From the NCBI GenBank assembly GCA_021776805.1, contig JAJFFD010000092.1, positions 22,089 through 86,088 of the forward strand: a DNA stretch of 64,000 bases, written 5' to 3'. Under the pieces are notes generated by a model. The model saw only the letters and a list, made by a program, of their open reading frames with translations. It was not told the origin of the DNA and made no database searches. Source of the stretch: Planctomycetota bacterium. GTDB lineage: Bacteria; Planctomycetota; UBA1135; UBA2386. Positions 28,746 through 38,421 of the stretch are shown here, in pieces; the first letter of the stretch is position 1, and every line of letters starts with the position of its first letter. Made by a program: the position numbers and the translations under genes.

Positions 28746-28774
28746 AATATCTCAATCTCCCGGTGAGCTGTCAA
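28746..28774 (-). promoter_or_regulatory. sigma70-type promoter of the his operon
   Basis: Minus strand TTGACA-17 nt-GATATT with an extended -10 TG; lies 10 nt upstream of the leader ATG. Confidence 0.7.
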
Positions 28775-30296
28775 CTCCCAAGCTGGGGATTCCGTACAGT
28801 GGTTCGAGCTTGCGGCGTAGATAGCGAATCAAGCCCTGGGAATCCAAGCTTCGGCCAGTCACTTCACGGCAGAGATCACCTGCAGAATAGCGCATTCCCT
28901 GGGCGTGGACCTTTTCGTTCAACCAGGTCTTGAGGCTGTGGAACTCACCATTCTGGAAGCTGGTTGGCAGGTCGCCGAGTTCCTGGCAAGCCTGGTCGTA
29001 GAATTGCGCGGCGTAGAGGTTGCCCAGGGTGTAGGTGGGGAAATAGCCAAAGAGCCCGCAGGACCAGTGCACATCTTGCAGGCAACCCTGGCGGTCATCA
29101 GGAACCTCCACATCGAGATACTCGCAGTAGGCCTCATTCCATGCGGATGGCAGGTCTTCAGGGCTGAGATCTCCAGCGATAAGCGCCATTTCGAGATCGA
29201 AGCGGATCATGATATGAAGGTTGTAGGTGCTCTCGTCAGCCTCGACGCGAATCAAGGATGCTTCGGCACGGTTGCTCGCGGCATACAAGTCAGGGGCAGT
29301 GAAATCGGAGAAGGCCTCGCCGAAGAACTTCGGTAGCTGTGCATGGCACCAGAGCCAGAACGCCTCGCTGCGGCCCACTTGGTTCTCCCAGAGACGGCTT
29401 TGACTCTCGTGGATGCCGAGGGAGACTGCGGTTCCCATGGGGGTGCCCAAGTGTTCGGCCAGAAGACCTTGTTCGTAGAGGCCATGCCCGGCCTCGTGCA
29501 TGGTCGATCCAAGGGCATCAAGAAAGTTATCTCCGCTGAATCTCGTAGTAATACGGACATCGGCGTAGTGGCTACCACCGCAGAAGGGATGCGCAGAGCG
29601 GTCCAGTCGACCGCGGTTGAAATCGAAGCCCATTTGCTCGCTGATCGCCCGCACCATGTTCTCCTGGGAGGAGATTGGAAGCTTGATCTTGGTGACGGTG
29701 CTTTCAATCTGCCGGCTGCTGCCGCGGATATCGTCGAGCAGCTTGCAAAGGTCAGTGCGCAGCGGTGCGAACAAGTTGGCGAGATTCTGGGCGCGCATGC
29801 CGGGTTCGAATTCTTCCGCAAGAGCGTCCCAGGCGCAGCCCATGTCGTCTTCATAGAGGCAGTCTGCCTTCAACTGCATGAGCTTGACCATCTTCTCAAG
29901 CCAAGGCTGAAACTGCGCGAAGTCGGAGTCCTGCCGGGCGGCGGCCCAGGCATGTTGAGCGCGGCTCGAAGTCTCGGCAATCTCGCTGACGAGCTTTGCA
30001 TCCAGTCTCGTGCTTCTCGCGAAGCTGCGACGCGCTTCCCTGAGGTTTGCGTCTTGGCAAGCATCGAGCATGTTCTCGGGTAGCGATTCGAGCAGGTCGC
30101 CGAGTTCTTTGGCGGTTGCACGCTCATGGGCGAGACTGGCCAGCAGAGCGAGTTGATTTGCCCGATGATCGACAGCGGCGGGCGGCATCATCGTTTCCTG
30201 GTCCCAGGAAAGGAGTTCGCTCGTGGACTCGAGAAGATGGACATCGCGGAGCTTACTGATTAGCTCGCCGTAGCGTTCGGAGTCGTGCGCGCTCAT
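28752..30296 (-). CDS. Carboxypeptidase M32 (Taq family)
   Basis: LSWDQETMMP, HPFC, HEAGHGLYEQ, HESQSRLWEN, IRVEADE, GCLQDVHWS, GYFPTYTLGN. Confidence 0.96.
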   Translation of the reverse strand: MSAHDSERYGELISKLRDVHLLESTSELLSWDQETMMPPAAVDHRANQLALLASLAHERATAKELGDLLESLPENMLDACQDANLREARRSFARSTRLDAKLVSEIAETSSRAQHAWAAARQDSDFAQFQPWLEKMVKLMQLKADCLYEDDMGCAWDALAEEFEPGMRAQNLANLFAPLRTDLCKLLDDIRGSSRQIESTVTKIKLPISSQENMVRAISEQMGFDFNRGRLDRSAHPFCGGSHYADVRITTRFSGDNFLDALGSTMHEAGHGLYEQGLLAEHLGTPMGTAVSLGIHESQSRLWENQVGRSEAFWLWCHAQLPKFFGEAFSDFTAPDLYAASNRAEASLIRVEADESTYNLHIMIRFDLEMALIAGDLSPEDLPSAWNEAYCEYLDVEVPDDRQGCLQDVHWSCGLFGYFPTYTLGNLYAAQFYDQACQELGDLPTSFQNGEFHSLKTWLNEKVHAQGMRYSAGDLCREVTGRSLDSQGLIRYLRRKLEPLYGIPSLGVDSSPGD

Positions 30297-30299
30297 GGA

Positions 30300-30707
30300 C
30301 TACTCTCCAATATGAACGAGGAGGCTCCGGTTGCCACCGCGGTGCCGGTGTTCCCAGAGAAAGATGCCCTGCCAAGTGCCTAACCCGAGACGTCCGGACA
30401 CGATGGGGATGGAGAGATGGCTGCAGGTCAAGGCCGCCTTGATGTGGCTAGGCATGTCGTCGGGGCCCTCGTGGGTGTGGGTGTAGATAGGATCCGACTC
30501 GGGGACGAGACGGCATAGCCATGATTCCAAATCTCGGCAGGCCGAGGGGTCTGCGTTCTCCTGAATGATCAGGCTGGCGGATGTGTGTTGTAGAAACACG
30601 GTGCAGAGACCTTCCCTTAGATTGGCCCTGCTGACGCAGTCCTTGATCAGCGCAGTGATTTCCTGGAGTCCCTGACCGGGCGCCCGAACCTGAATGCACT
30701 CGTTCAT
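30300..30707 (-). CDS. yjbQ: YjbQ/UPF0047 family protein
   Basis: HTSASLIIQENADP, HTHEGPDDMPSHIK, LGTWQGIFLWEHR. Confidence 0.93.
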   Translation of the reverse strand: MNECIQVRAPGQGLQEITALIKDCVSRANLREGLCTVFLQHTSASLIIQENADPSACRDLESWLCRLVPESDPIYTHTHEGPDDMPSHIKAALTCSHLSIPIVSGRLGLGTWQGIFLWEHRHRGGNRSLLVHIGE

Positions 30708-30745
30708 GCGAGCATGGTGGGTTCGGGTGCTGTCCTGAGCAAGAA

Positions 30746-33211
30746 CTAGCTAAGGGAGGCGCTCTGTTCCATAACTTCTGCGCGGTATTCGGCGAGATCG
30801 AAGGAGTCAACTTGCATCGCTTCATCTCGGGCCAGCTCGGCCTTCTGGAGCTTCACGACTTCATCGTTGTTGATGATGCCATCGTTGGCTGCCTGTTCCA
30901 GGAGTTGAGCAGGGCGCATCTTCGGTAGCTTGCCCGCGCGGATAGCTTCCTTGATCTTGGTGACGACAGGTTCGGCCTCTACACAGAGTTGCATGGCGTG
31001 TTCCAGGCGACCCAGTCCGACACTGGAATCTTGAGGCAAGTAGATGCCCTCACTGAGACGGTCACGCTGTTCCCCGGGAACTTGCAGGCTACGTGCTACC
31101 TTTTGTCCGAGATGGTCCCCGGGCTTCTTGCCGATCGGATTCATGCGTGACCAGAGTGTCAAGGGTCCGCGGAAGATCCAGCTTGCACCCGGAATACGAA
31201 TGTTTTGTAGCAGTCCGTCGAAGGCCTCCTGAATCTGCGCGAAGCAGTGCTCCATGGACCATGACATGAGGGCCAGATCTTCACGCCGTTGGCCCTCGGC
31301 CTCGAAGCGACGGAGAGTCGTGGTGCCAAGGTACATCCAGGAGAGGATGTCCGCGAAGCGACCGGTGATCTTCTCCTTACGTTTCAAGTCACCTCCAAGC
31401 CCAGCCATCGCTATGTCGGCAAGGAGCGCGAAGGAGGCTGAGGTCCAGGAGAGCTTACGCCAGTAGGCTGCGGCAGGCCCTCTGACGGGAGACTTTGCCA
31501 GGCGCCCGCGCGAGATGCTGAGCAGGGTGCTCCGGAAGGAATTGCGAACTACGTGACCGACGTGGCCCCAGAACGCGCGATCGAATGCGCTCTTGTCCCC
31601 GCGCGCTGCGGCTTCGATTTCCTTCAGAGCATATGGGTGACATCGGATGGCACCTTGCCCAAATACCATCAAGGTGCGGGTCAGTATGTTGGCCCCTTCC
31701 ACCGTGATACTGATTGGGCACCCAATGTACGGTTGTGCAAGCAGATTGTTCGGACCTTGAGAGATAGCTGCGCCCCCAAGTACATCCATGCCGTCATTGA
31801 TGACTTGGCGGAACATCTCTGTGAAGTTGTACTTGGCCATGGCCGTCACAACTGGTGGCTTCGCACCTTGGTCGAGACCGCCCAGGGTGTAGCGCCTGGC
31901 AGCTTCCATGATGTAGGTGAAGCCACCGATTCGCGCGAGCGGCTCCTCGATCCCTTCAAAGCGACCGATGGGCAATCCGAATTGCTTGCGTACAGAGCTA
32001 TAGGCGCCAACCGTTCGGCAGACTAGTTTTGCCCCACCGGTGCTGGTCGCGGGGAGCGAGATACCCCGGCCCGCGGCGAGGCACTCCATGAGCATGGCCC
32101 AACCGCCTCCGGAGCCTTCGCTGCCGCCGATGATTGAAGCGACTGGGACGACCACATCCTGACCTTTTGTCGGGCAATTGTAGAAGGGAACTCCGAGAGG
32201 GTCGTGACGCCTACCCAACTCCACACCTTCTGTGTCACTCGGAATGAGTGCGCAAGTGATCCCCAAGTTCTTTCCTTTGCCGAGGAGGTTTTCCGGATCC
32301 TCGAGTTTGAAGGCTAGGCCGAGGGTGGTTGAGATTGCCGCCAAGGTGATATAGCGCTTGTCCCAATTGAGCCGAAGCTTCAGTTCGCCATCACCATCTT
32401 TGAAGACAACGCCTCGAGCTTGCATCGCTGCTGCGTCCGATCCGGCACCGGGTTCGGTGAGCGCGAAGCAGGGAATCTCTTCGCCTTTTGCCAGGCGAGG
32501 TAGGTAGTGCTGCTTCTGTTCCTCGGTTCCGCAGTGGAGAATCAGTTCGGCCGGCCCAAGTGAGTTTGGCACCATGACCGTGATTGCCAGGGGCAGGGAA
32601 CGAGAGGCCAACTTCTGCACCACGGCACTGTGTGCGCTGGCGGAGAAACCCAAGCCGCCGTATTCCTCCGGGATGATCATGCCGAAGAAGCCTTCCTTCT
32701 TCAGGAAATTCCAGGTGGTCGGAGTCAGATCCTTGTTCTTGTAGACCTCCCAGTCATCGGTGAGAAGGCAGACCTTCTCGACAGGGCCGTCGATGAAGGC
32801 CTGCTCGGTCTCTGTCAAAGTGGGGTAGGGCGAGTTGTTGAGGTGTTGCAGATTTGGCTTGCCCGAAAAGAGCTCGCCATCTACCCAGACATCTCCCGCA
32901 TCGATGGCGACCCTTTCGGTTTCACTGATTACGGGGAGCATCTTGGCGGCCTTCATGAAGGCGAGGATGCGATCGGAGATCAGGCGCCTTCGTAGCACCG
33001 GGAGAGTCGTGATTGCCGCGATCGGTACGAAGATGAACCAAAGCCAGAAAGGAGCTGCGAGCAGCCACATTGCTGCGGTGATGCCGAGTACCCAGAGCCA
33101 GCCAGATAGTCCTAGAAAGCCAGCGCAGAGGACTGCTCCCAGAAGGCCAAAGAGTACTAACGAGCTCGGTGCATCTCCAAGGAGACCGTACATAGACAAT
33201 TGCGCGACCAT
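30746..33211 (-). CDS. fadE: Membrane-anchored acyl-CoA dehydrogenase (FadE type)
   Basis: N-terminal TM region, ISETE..AI.AG, MVPNSLGPAEL, CFALTEPGAGSDA, RKQFGLPIGRFEG, ITVEGANILTR; start uncertain. Confidence 0.93.
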   Translation of the reverse strand: MVAQLSMYGLLGDAPSSLVLFGLLGAVLCAGFLGLSGWLWVLGITAAMWLLAAPFWLWFIFVPIAAITTLPVLRRRLISDRILAFMKAAKMLPVISETERVAIDAGDVWVDGELFSGKPNLQHLNNSPYPTLTETEQAFIDGPVEKVCLLTDDWEVYKNKDLTPTTWNFLKKEGFFGMIIPEEYGGLGFSASAHSAVVQKLASRSLPLAITVMVPNSLGPAELILHCGTEEQKQHYLPRLAKGEEIPCFALTEPGAGSDAAAMQARGVVFKDGDGELKLRLNWDKRYITLAAISTTLGLAFKLEDPENLLGKGKNLGITCALIPSDTEGVELGRRHDPLGVPFYNCPTKGQDVVVPVASIIGGSEGSGGGWAMLMECLAAGRGISLPATSTGGAKLVCRTVGAYSSVRKQFGLPIGRFEGIEEPLARIGGFTYIMEAARRYTLGGLDQGAKPPVVTAMAKYNFTEMFRQVINDGMDVLGGAAISQGPNNLLAQPYIGCPISITVEGANILTRTLMVFGQGAIRCHPYALKEIEAAARGDKSAFDRAFWGHVGHVVRNSFRSTLLSISRGRLAKSPVRGPAAAYWRKLSWTSASFALLADIAMAGLGGDLKRKEKITGRFADILSWMYLGTTTLRRFEAEGQRREDLALMSWSMEHCFAQIQEAFDGLLQNIRIPGASWIFRGPLTLWSRMNPIGKKPGDHLGQKVARSLQVPGEQRDRLSEGIYLPQDSSVGLGRLEHAMQLCVEAEPVVTKIKEAIRAGKLPKMRPAQLLEQAANDGIINNDEVVKLQKAELARDEAMQVDSFDLAEYRAEVMEQSASLS

Positions 33212-33415
33212 GTATTTGCTATCGACCAAGAACCGCAGAGATCCGGAGGACTCACTAGCTGGTTTCCTCATCCGAAAGGGATCTCAATGCGGTGCATCCG
33301 TCTCTAGCAGTGGAAACCCCGATGTAACTGGGCAAACGGGCTCGGCTACTCATTGCGTTCCATCATCCAAGCTCAGCTGAGTGGGCCGATTGGGCCGATA
33401 TCTGAGGAGGAATTC

Positions 33416-34861
33416 ATGCAGCTCTCAATCCTCAACAAACCCCTACTGGCGCTGACAGCGAGCACTCTGGCATGCCTGGCTAGTGCGCAGACGGCGAAGA
33501 TTGGTTCCAGAGCTCCCGGTCTGGAAGGGTTGAAGTGGCTTCGCCCCTTGTCTCCGGATTCAGCAGGACGCCTTACTCTGTTCAGCTTCATGCCCCAGAG
33601 TCGTTGGCAATATGTCCGGGCGCTGAGGAGTCTGGATTCACTCGGGCAGGAGTTTGCAGGGCAGTTGGGAGTGGCGGCTGTGCTCAATGAGAGCAACAGG
33701 AAGTTTGCTGCAATCAAGCTGCGCTCCTCAGGAGCTACTGTCCATCTTGCGATCGACGATCATGATCGGTTTCGCAACTCTCTGGATCCGGGGGCTCTGA
33801 GCCGGACGCTCGCGCATGCGATCCTGCTCGACCACAATGGCGTGCTTTTGTGGTTTGGCGAACTTCGTGATGAGATGCGCTACATGATCGCTGATGTGGC
33901 AAGCAATGAGCTTGCCATCGAAGATCTCTGCCGCATGCACTCCGCGCAGCGCTCTGGCAGCAAGGATGGAGTAGTCGCGAATCTCGAATGTGATGCCACC
34001 CATGGAGTGGCGGATGACTTGCCGTCCGGATCCTGGCTCGCATGGGAAGAGACCTTTGCCAAGATCAAGCATCGTCGGGGGAACAAAGAAGCATTGAGGC
34101 TTCTGCTTGAAGCTGGCGAAGCTCTTCGCTCAAGACCGGATAGCTTGGCGCGAGTCTTCAATCTCGCCATGGAACGTTTTCCCAATGCGCTGCTGGAATC
34201 CGGAATGGATGATTTTGTCCTGGAAGTGATTGGAGCAGCGACTGACCCGGCGGGTGCTTTGCTGGGATTCTCATGGCACGCCCATCGCCATGAGGACGAT
34301 CTCGCCCGCGGCTTCGCAGTCAGGTTCCTGGACCTGTACAAGGGCGTGCCAAGCCGCCTTTCGCAGTTTCATGGCAGGCTTGCCCGTGCACGGTATGCGC
34401 GGCGGTTCGTGAAGGAGCAATTGCTGGCTCTGAATCTCGTGTTGCAGGCCGAGCCTCGTCAAGGTCATGCACTGCAGATGAAATTCGAGCTTCTGATCGC
34501 TGGGATTGATAAGCCATCGGCAGCGATGCGAGTGGGAAGAGATCTCATCGATGCTCGAAGAGGGGACCCTAGTTTCCTCAATTCCTTCGCCTGGCGCTTA
34601 CTTACAGAGGAGCCCTTCAAGGGGCGGATGAACTTACTGGCGCTGGAAGCAGTGAATGTGATGCGCAACCTTGAAAATTGGCAGAACTATTGGCGTTTGG
34701 ACACTCTTGCCCTGGCTCTTTACGAGAATGGCGAACTAGACGAAGCCGTTAGAATTCAAGAAGAGGCGCTTGCCAGTTGTGAACCTGGATCGCAGGGTCG
34801 TTATGCTCAGCGACTGGAGCGCTACCGAATGGCCGCCGCCGCTGCGGCGCCTCCGAAGTGA
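33416..34861 (+). CDS. Secreted protein with degenerate redoxin-like N-domain and C-terminal TPR
   Basis: GAGGAGG RBS before ATG 33416; signal peptide; KIGSRAPGL..LKW, AILLDHNGVLLWFG; LNSFAW..LDTLALALYENG. Confidence 0.65.
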   Translation: MQLSILNKPLLALTASTLACLASAQTAKIGSRAPGLEGLKWLRPLSPDSAGRLTLFSFMPQSRWQYVRALRSLDSLGQEFAGQLGVAAVLNESNRKFAAIKLRSSGATVHLAIDDHDRFRNSLDPGALSRTLAHAILLDHNGVLLWFGELRDEMRYMIADVASNELAIEDLCRMHSAQRSGSKDGVVANLECDATHGVADDLPSGSWLAWEETFAKIKHRRGNKEALRLLLEAGEALRSRPDSLARVFNLAMERFPNALLESGMDDFVLEVIGAATDPAGALLGFSWHAHRHEDDLARGFAVRFLDLYKGVPSRLSQFHGRLARARYARRFVKEQLLALNLVLQAEPRQGHALQMKFELLIAGIDKPSAAMRVGRDLIDARRGDPSFLNSFAWRLLTEEPFKGRMNLLALEAVNVMRNLENWQNYWRLDTLALALYENGELDEAVRIQEEALASCEPGSQGRYAQRLERYRMAAAAAAPPK

Positions 34862-34876
34862 ACAACCTCTGACCCC

Positions 34877-35299
34877 ATGACAGATCGCGGACTGCCAAAC
34901 ACTGGGATTCTCTTCCTATGTGTTGCCAACTCAGCCCGAAGTCAGATCGCGGAAGCCTTGGCACGATTGCATGGTCCCAGTGGTCTGCGCGTCCATTCGG
35001 CGGGCTCGGAGCCTACCAAGATCAATCCGATGGCGATTAGGGCACTTGCTGAACTCGGTGTGGATATCTCCAGCCAGAGATCAAAGAGGATTGATGAGGT
35101 CCCTCTCGAGGAGGTGGACCTCGTGATTACGCTTTGTGCCGAGGAGGTTTGCCCCGCTCTCCCATCAGGAGTACGAGCCATGCATTGGCCTCTTCAAGAT
35201 CCGGCGGCGGTGAAGGGAGGGGATGAGGAAGTCCTTGCCGCCTTTGTCGCAGTGCGTGAAGAGATCGGTAGGCGCTTGATCCTGTTCTTTCAGGAGTGA
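34877..35299 (+). CDS. arsC: LMW-PTP family arsenate reductase
   Basis: LFLCVANSARSQ.AE, SAG, LCAEEVCP, HWPLQDP. Confidence 0.88.
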   Translation: MTDRGLPNTGILFLCVANSARSQIAEALARLHGPSGLRVHSAGSEPTKINPMAIRALAELGVDISSQRSKRIDEVPLEEVDLVITLCAEEVCPALPSGVRAMHWPLQDPAAVKGGDEEVLAAFVAVREEIGRRLILFFQE

Positions 35300-35453
35300 C
35301 GATTCCGTGACTCCTGGGCGTTCATCAGACTAGCCAGCGATGCATGCCTCGCATCCTCAGAGTCTTGGGCCCGAGAGGACTCGTTAGAGATGAGCGCTCG
35401 GAGGACGGATTCTGTTCATGGCATCTCGATCTGTTGTCCGCTAGAACCATCTC

Positions 35454-36635
35454 ATGCCCTGGACACGCAGTGACGAACTTCTCGATGAGCTCGAGGAAAG
35501 GCTGGTAGAGGTCCGCCGTGACCTCCACAAGTATCCAGAGCTCGGTTTCGAAGAGCACCGGACACAGGCTCTGCTGCGTGCCTGGCTGCAGGAATTCGGT
35601 TATGAGCCTCGTGACTGTGCAGGGACAGGGCTCGTTGCTGATCTAGAACCCGAGACGGGCAGCCAGCTTCCCGCCATCGCCCTCCGTGCCGACATAGATG
35701 CCTTGCCCATTCAGGAGGTCAGTGACCTACCCTATCGCTCTGAGCATGCGGGAGTCGCTCACAAGTGCGGCCACGACGGCCACGCTGCGGTCATGCTGGG
35801 TGTTGCTGCTGCGTTGGCGAGCATGCGCGGGCAGCTCTCACGACGGGTTCGCCTGCTCTTTCAGCCAGCCGAGGAAGGTGTCAAGGGTGGCGGCGGGCAG
35901 GTCATGGTGGCCGAGGGCGCGCTCGAAGGCGTCAGTGAAGTCTATGGCATGCACAACTGGCCAGGTTTTCCTTTTGGCGAGCTGAGGATTGCGCCGGGTC
36001 CGGTCATGGCTGAGGAACACACAATTCTGCTACGCCTCGATGGAAAGGGTGGGCATGCGAGCCAACCTCAGACATGTCGTGACCCGGTGGCGGCGATCGC
36101 TCAGATGGTGACCGCCCTGAACAGCATCACCTCACGAGGTATGGGGCATGTCGGAGGTGCTGTGCTCAGCATCAGCTGCATTCAGGCTGGGGATACACAC
36201 AATGTAATTCCTGGCTTCGCCAGTCTCGAGGGAACTCTGCGTTGCTTCGATGAGAACCTGAGAGACCGATTGCTGGAGCGTGTGCGTGAAGTCGTAGCGG
36301 GTGTCGCCTCAGCCATGCAGGTCGAGGCGGACCTGCAATTAGAACGGGGTTTCCCAATCTTGCACAATGACAAGGCCTGCGCTGAGCACGTGCGTGTGGC
36401 TGCTGAGCGGCGGCTGGGGGCTGATCGCGTTTCCGCGGAGGGGTTGCCGCTGGTGGCTTCCGAGGATTTCTCCTACCTGGCCCAGGCGGTTCCAGGTGCC
36501 TACTTTTTTATGGGCGCTGGCCGGGAAGGCAGGGAGACACCTTCGTGCCATCACCCGGAGTTCGATTTCGATGATGAGCTCATCCCCATCGCCGCCCGAG
36601 TGTTTCTCGAGGTCGTGAGAGAGCGCTGCCCTTGA
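35454..36635 (+). CDS. M20D amidohydrolase
   Basis: RRDLHKYPELGFEE, LRADIDALP, HKCGHDGH, FQPAEEG, GGHAS.P, SEDFS, HHPEFDFD. Confidence 0.94.
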   Translation: MPWTRSDELLDELEERLVEVRRDLHKYPELGFEEHRTQALLRAWLQEFGYEPRDCAGTGLVADLEPETGSQLPAIALRADIDALPIQEVSDLPYRSEHAGVAHKCGHDGHAAVMLGVAAALASMRGQLSRRVRLLFQPAEEGVKGGGGQVMVAEGALEGVSEVYGMHNWPGFPFGELRIAPGPVMAEEHTILLRLDGKGGHASQPQTCRDPVAAIAQMVTALNSITSRGMGHVGGAVLSISCIQAGDTHNVIPGFASLEGTLRCFDENLRDRLLERVREVVAGVASAMQVEADLQLERGFPILHNDKACAEHVRVAAERRLGADRVSAEGLPLVASEDFSYLAQAVPGAYFFMGAGREGRETPSCHHPEFDFDDELIPIAARVFLEVVRERCP

Positions 36636-36671
36636 GTCATTGATCGGAGCCCGACCAGGGCTGCTGGGCTC

Positions 36672-37076
36672 TCAGGCGATGAGTCCGAGAAGGTCCTCGA
36701 CGCCAGGATCGAACTTGGCACCATCAAGACGTGCGTCGCTGAAATTTGCGCCTTCGAAGCGGATGCCGTGGAGGTCTGCACCGCGAAGATCGGCACCGCG
36801 GAGGTAGGCTCCGCGCATGTCCGCGCCACGTAGGAAGGCCCCTGATAGATTCGCTCCGGTGAAATTTGTGCCCTGCAGATTGGCCCGTTCCAGATGTGCT
36901 GATTCGAGCGTGGCACTAGTCAGGTCGGACTGACTCAAGTCCGCCCGTTTGAGGATCGCCCCTCGCAGATCTGCGTGGACGAGCCGTAAGGCAGAGAGGT
37001 CGTAGCCGGCGAAACTGTGGTTGGCAGCGGCGTTGGGTAGAGCGAGAAGTCTGAGGAGTTCCTGGTTGCGCAGCAT
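36672..37076 (-). CDS. Pentapeptide repeat protein
   Basis: About 20 A(D/N)LxG-type repeats; AGGAGG upstream of ATG 37076. Confidence 0.88.
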   Translation of the reverse strand: MLRNQELLRLLALPNAAANHSFAGYDLSALRLVHADLRGAILKRADLSQSDLTSATLESAHLERANLQGTNFTGANLSGAFLRGADMRGAYLRGADLRGADLHGIRFEGANFSDARLDGAKFDPGVEDLLGLIA

Positions 37077-37265
37077 GGTTATGGTATTTCCTCCTGTTGA
37101 ACGCCCCTCAGATAGCCAACGTGACATACCGAATGGGCCACTCCTCAGTTTACCCCTGGGGCCTACCCCAGGACAGTGGTGGGGTAGCCAATGCACCGTA
37201 TTACGCTGTAGCACATTGAGGCAAGGAGCTCGTACGTTGTCAGCAAGACCCGAGGGCATGGGGAG

Positions 37266-38339
37266 ATGAGCGTCAAAGGTCGCAGTCTTTGCCGGATCTC
37301 AGCGCTTTGCTTCCTCGCGTGCTTGGTTCTGCAAATGGGGGTCTCCGGTCTTCTGGCGCAGGAGAAAGGACGGCAGGGTCGAGGGATCCGGGGCGCTTGG
37401 CTGGCCCCGCGCGAGGGGTTCCCCTTGGATTCGGAGCATGGCAGCAGGGTCTTGGCTGACATGAAGCGTCTCGGCGTCACTCATGTGGCGATCGGTCACG
37501 AGGTGCGGATGCCAAAGATGTCAGCGCCCCTTCTCGAGTGGGGCGAGCATGACGCAGCACTGCGTGGCGCTATTTCGCGCATCAGGAAGGCGGGTCTGAA
37601 GACCTTTCTTATTCCGAGAATAGAGAGCCCGGAGTTCTTTGCGCCTCCCTATCCCTTTCGAGCGGATATCAAATTTCAATCTGCCGATGACCAGCAGCGC
37701 TTTCATGCGGCGATGCGCGAGATGCTCCTGCACTATGCCAAGCTTGCTGAGTCCGAGAATGTCGAACTCTTCGGCGTCGGATTGGAATTGAAGCAATGCG
37801 CAAAGGAGCACGAGGCTGCCTGGCGCGATCTAATTGCCGCAGTTCGTGAGGAATTCTCAGGGAAGCTGACCTACTCGGCTAACTGGTACGACGAGTGGGA
37901 TCAATTGCGCTTCTGGGATGCCTTGGACTACATCGGGGTCGGCGCCTATTTTGAGCTGAAGCCGGAGAATGGCAATCCTGATGCGGACCCGGTTGATGAT
38001 CTGGTAGCGCGATGGCAAGTTAGCATGCGGCACTTGCAGGCGCAGTCGCAGGACTGGCAACGTCCAATCCTGTTCACGGAGATCGGCTACTCAGGTTATG
38101 CGGATTGTGCAGAGAGACCATGGGAATGGGCGGGCAAGCAGGGTGGCAAGGCTGCACTAGACTGGGCGAGGCAGGCTGACTGCTATCGCGCCCTTTTCAA
38201 GGCCTTCAACGACAAGCCTTGGTTTGCAGGCACCTTCGTGTGGCGCTTTTATTCGGATGCGGAGAACATTCTTGACTGGGAGTACGCCTTGCAGGGACGC
38301 CCAGCCGAAGCCGTCCTTGCTGAGGCCTACGGTAGGTGA
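37266..38339 (+). CDS. Secreted glycoside hydrolase, GH113-like TIM barrel
   Basis: Signal peptide; GVGLEL, WRDLI..VR..FSGKLTYSANW, FWDALDYIGV.AYFEL, ILFTEIGY. Confidence 0.82.
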   Translation: MSVKGRSLCRISALCFLACLVLQMGVSGLLAQEKGRQGRGIRGAWLAPREGFPLDSEHGSRVLADMKRLGVTHVAIGHEVRMPKMSAPLLEWGEHDAALRGAISRIRKAGLKTFLIPRIESPEFFAPPYPFRADIKFQSADDQQRFHAAMREMLLHYAKLAESENVELFGVGLELKQCAKEHEAAWRDLIAAVREEFSGKLTYSANWYDEWDQLRFWDALDYIGVGAYFELKPENGNPDADPVDDLVARWQVSMRHLQAQSQDWQRPILFTEIGYSGYADCAERPWEWAGKQGGKAALDWARQADCYRALFKAFNDKPWFAGTFVWRFYSDAENILDWEYALQGRPAEAVLAEAYGR

Positions 38340-38421
38340 AGATCAAAGCCCAATACGGAATACTGACGGTAGCAACTTGGCCCCTGGCTACTCTGCAGCC
38401 GCACCTGACGAGGAATCATTC

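Noticed and set aside
34877-35299. arsC as part of an arsenic-resistance island
   Set aside because: No arsB/acr3/arsR adjacent; the ArsR-fold gene at 40080 is SahR-type.
36720-36990. 15-bp periodicity resembling a DNA repeat array or CRISPR
   Set aside because: Explained by pentapeptide-repeat coding; no identical repeats with unique spacers.
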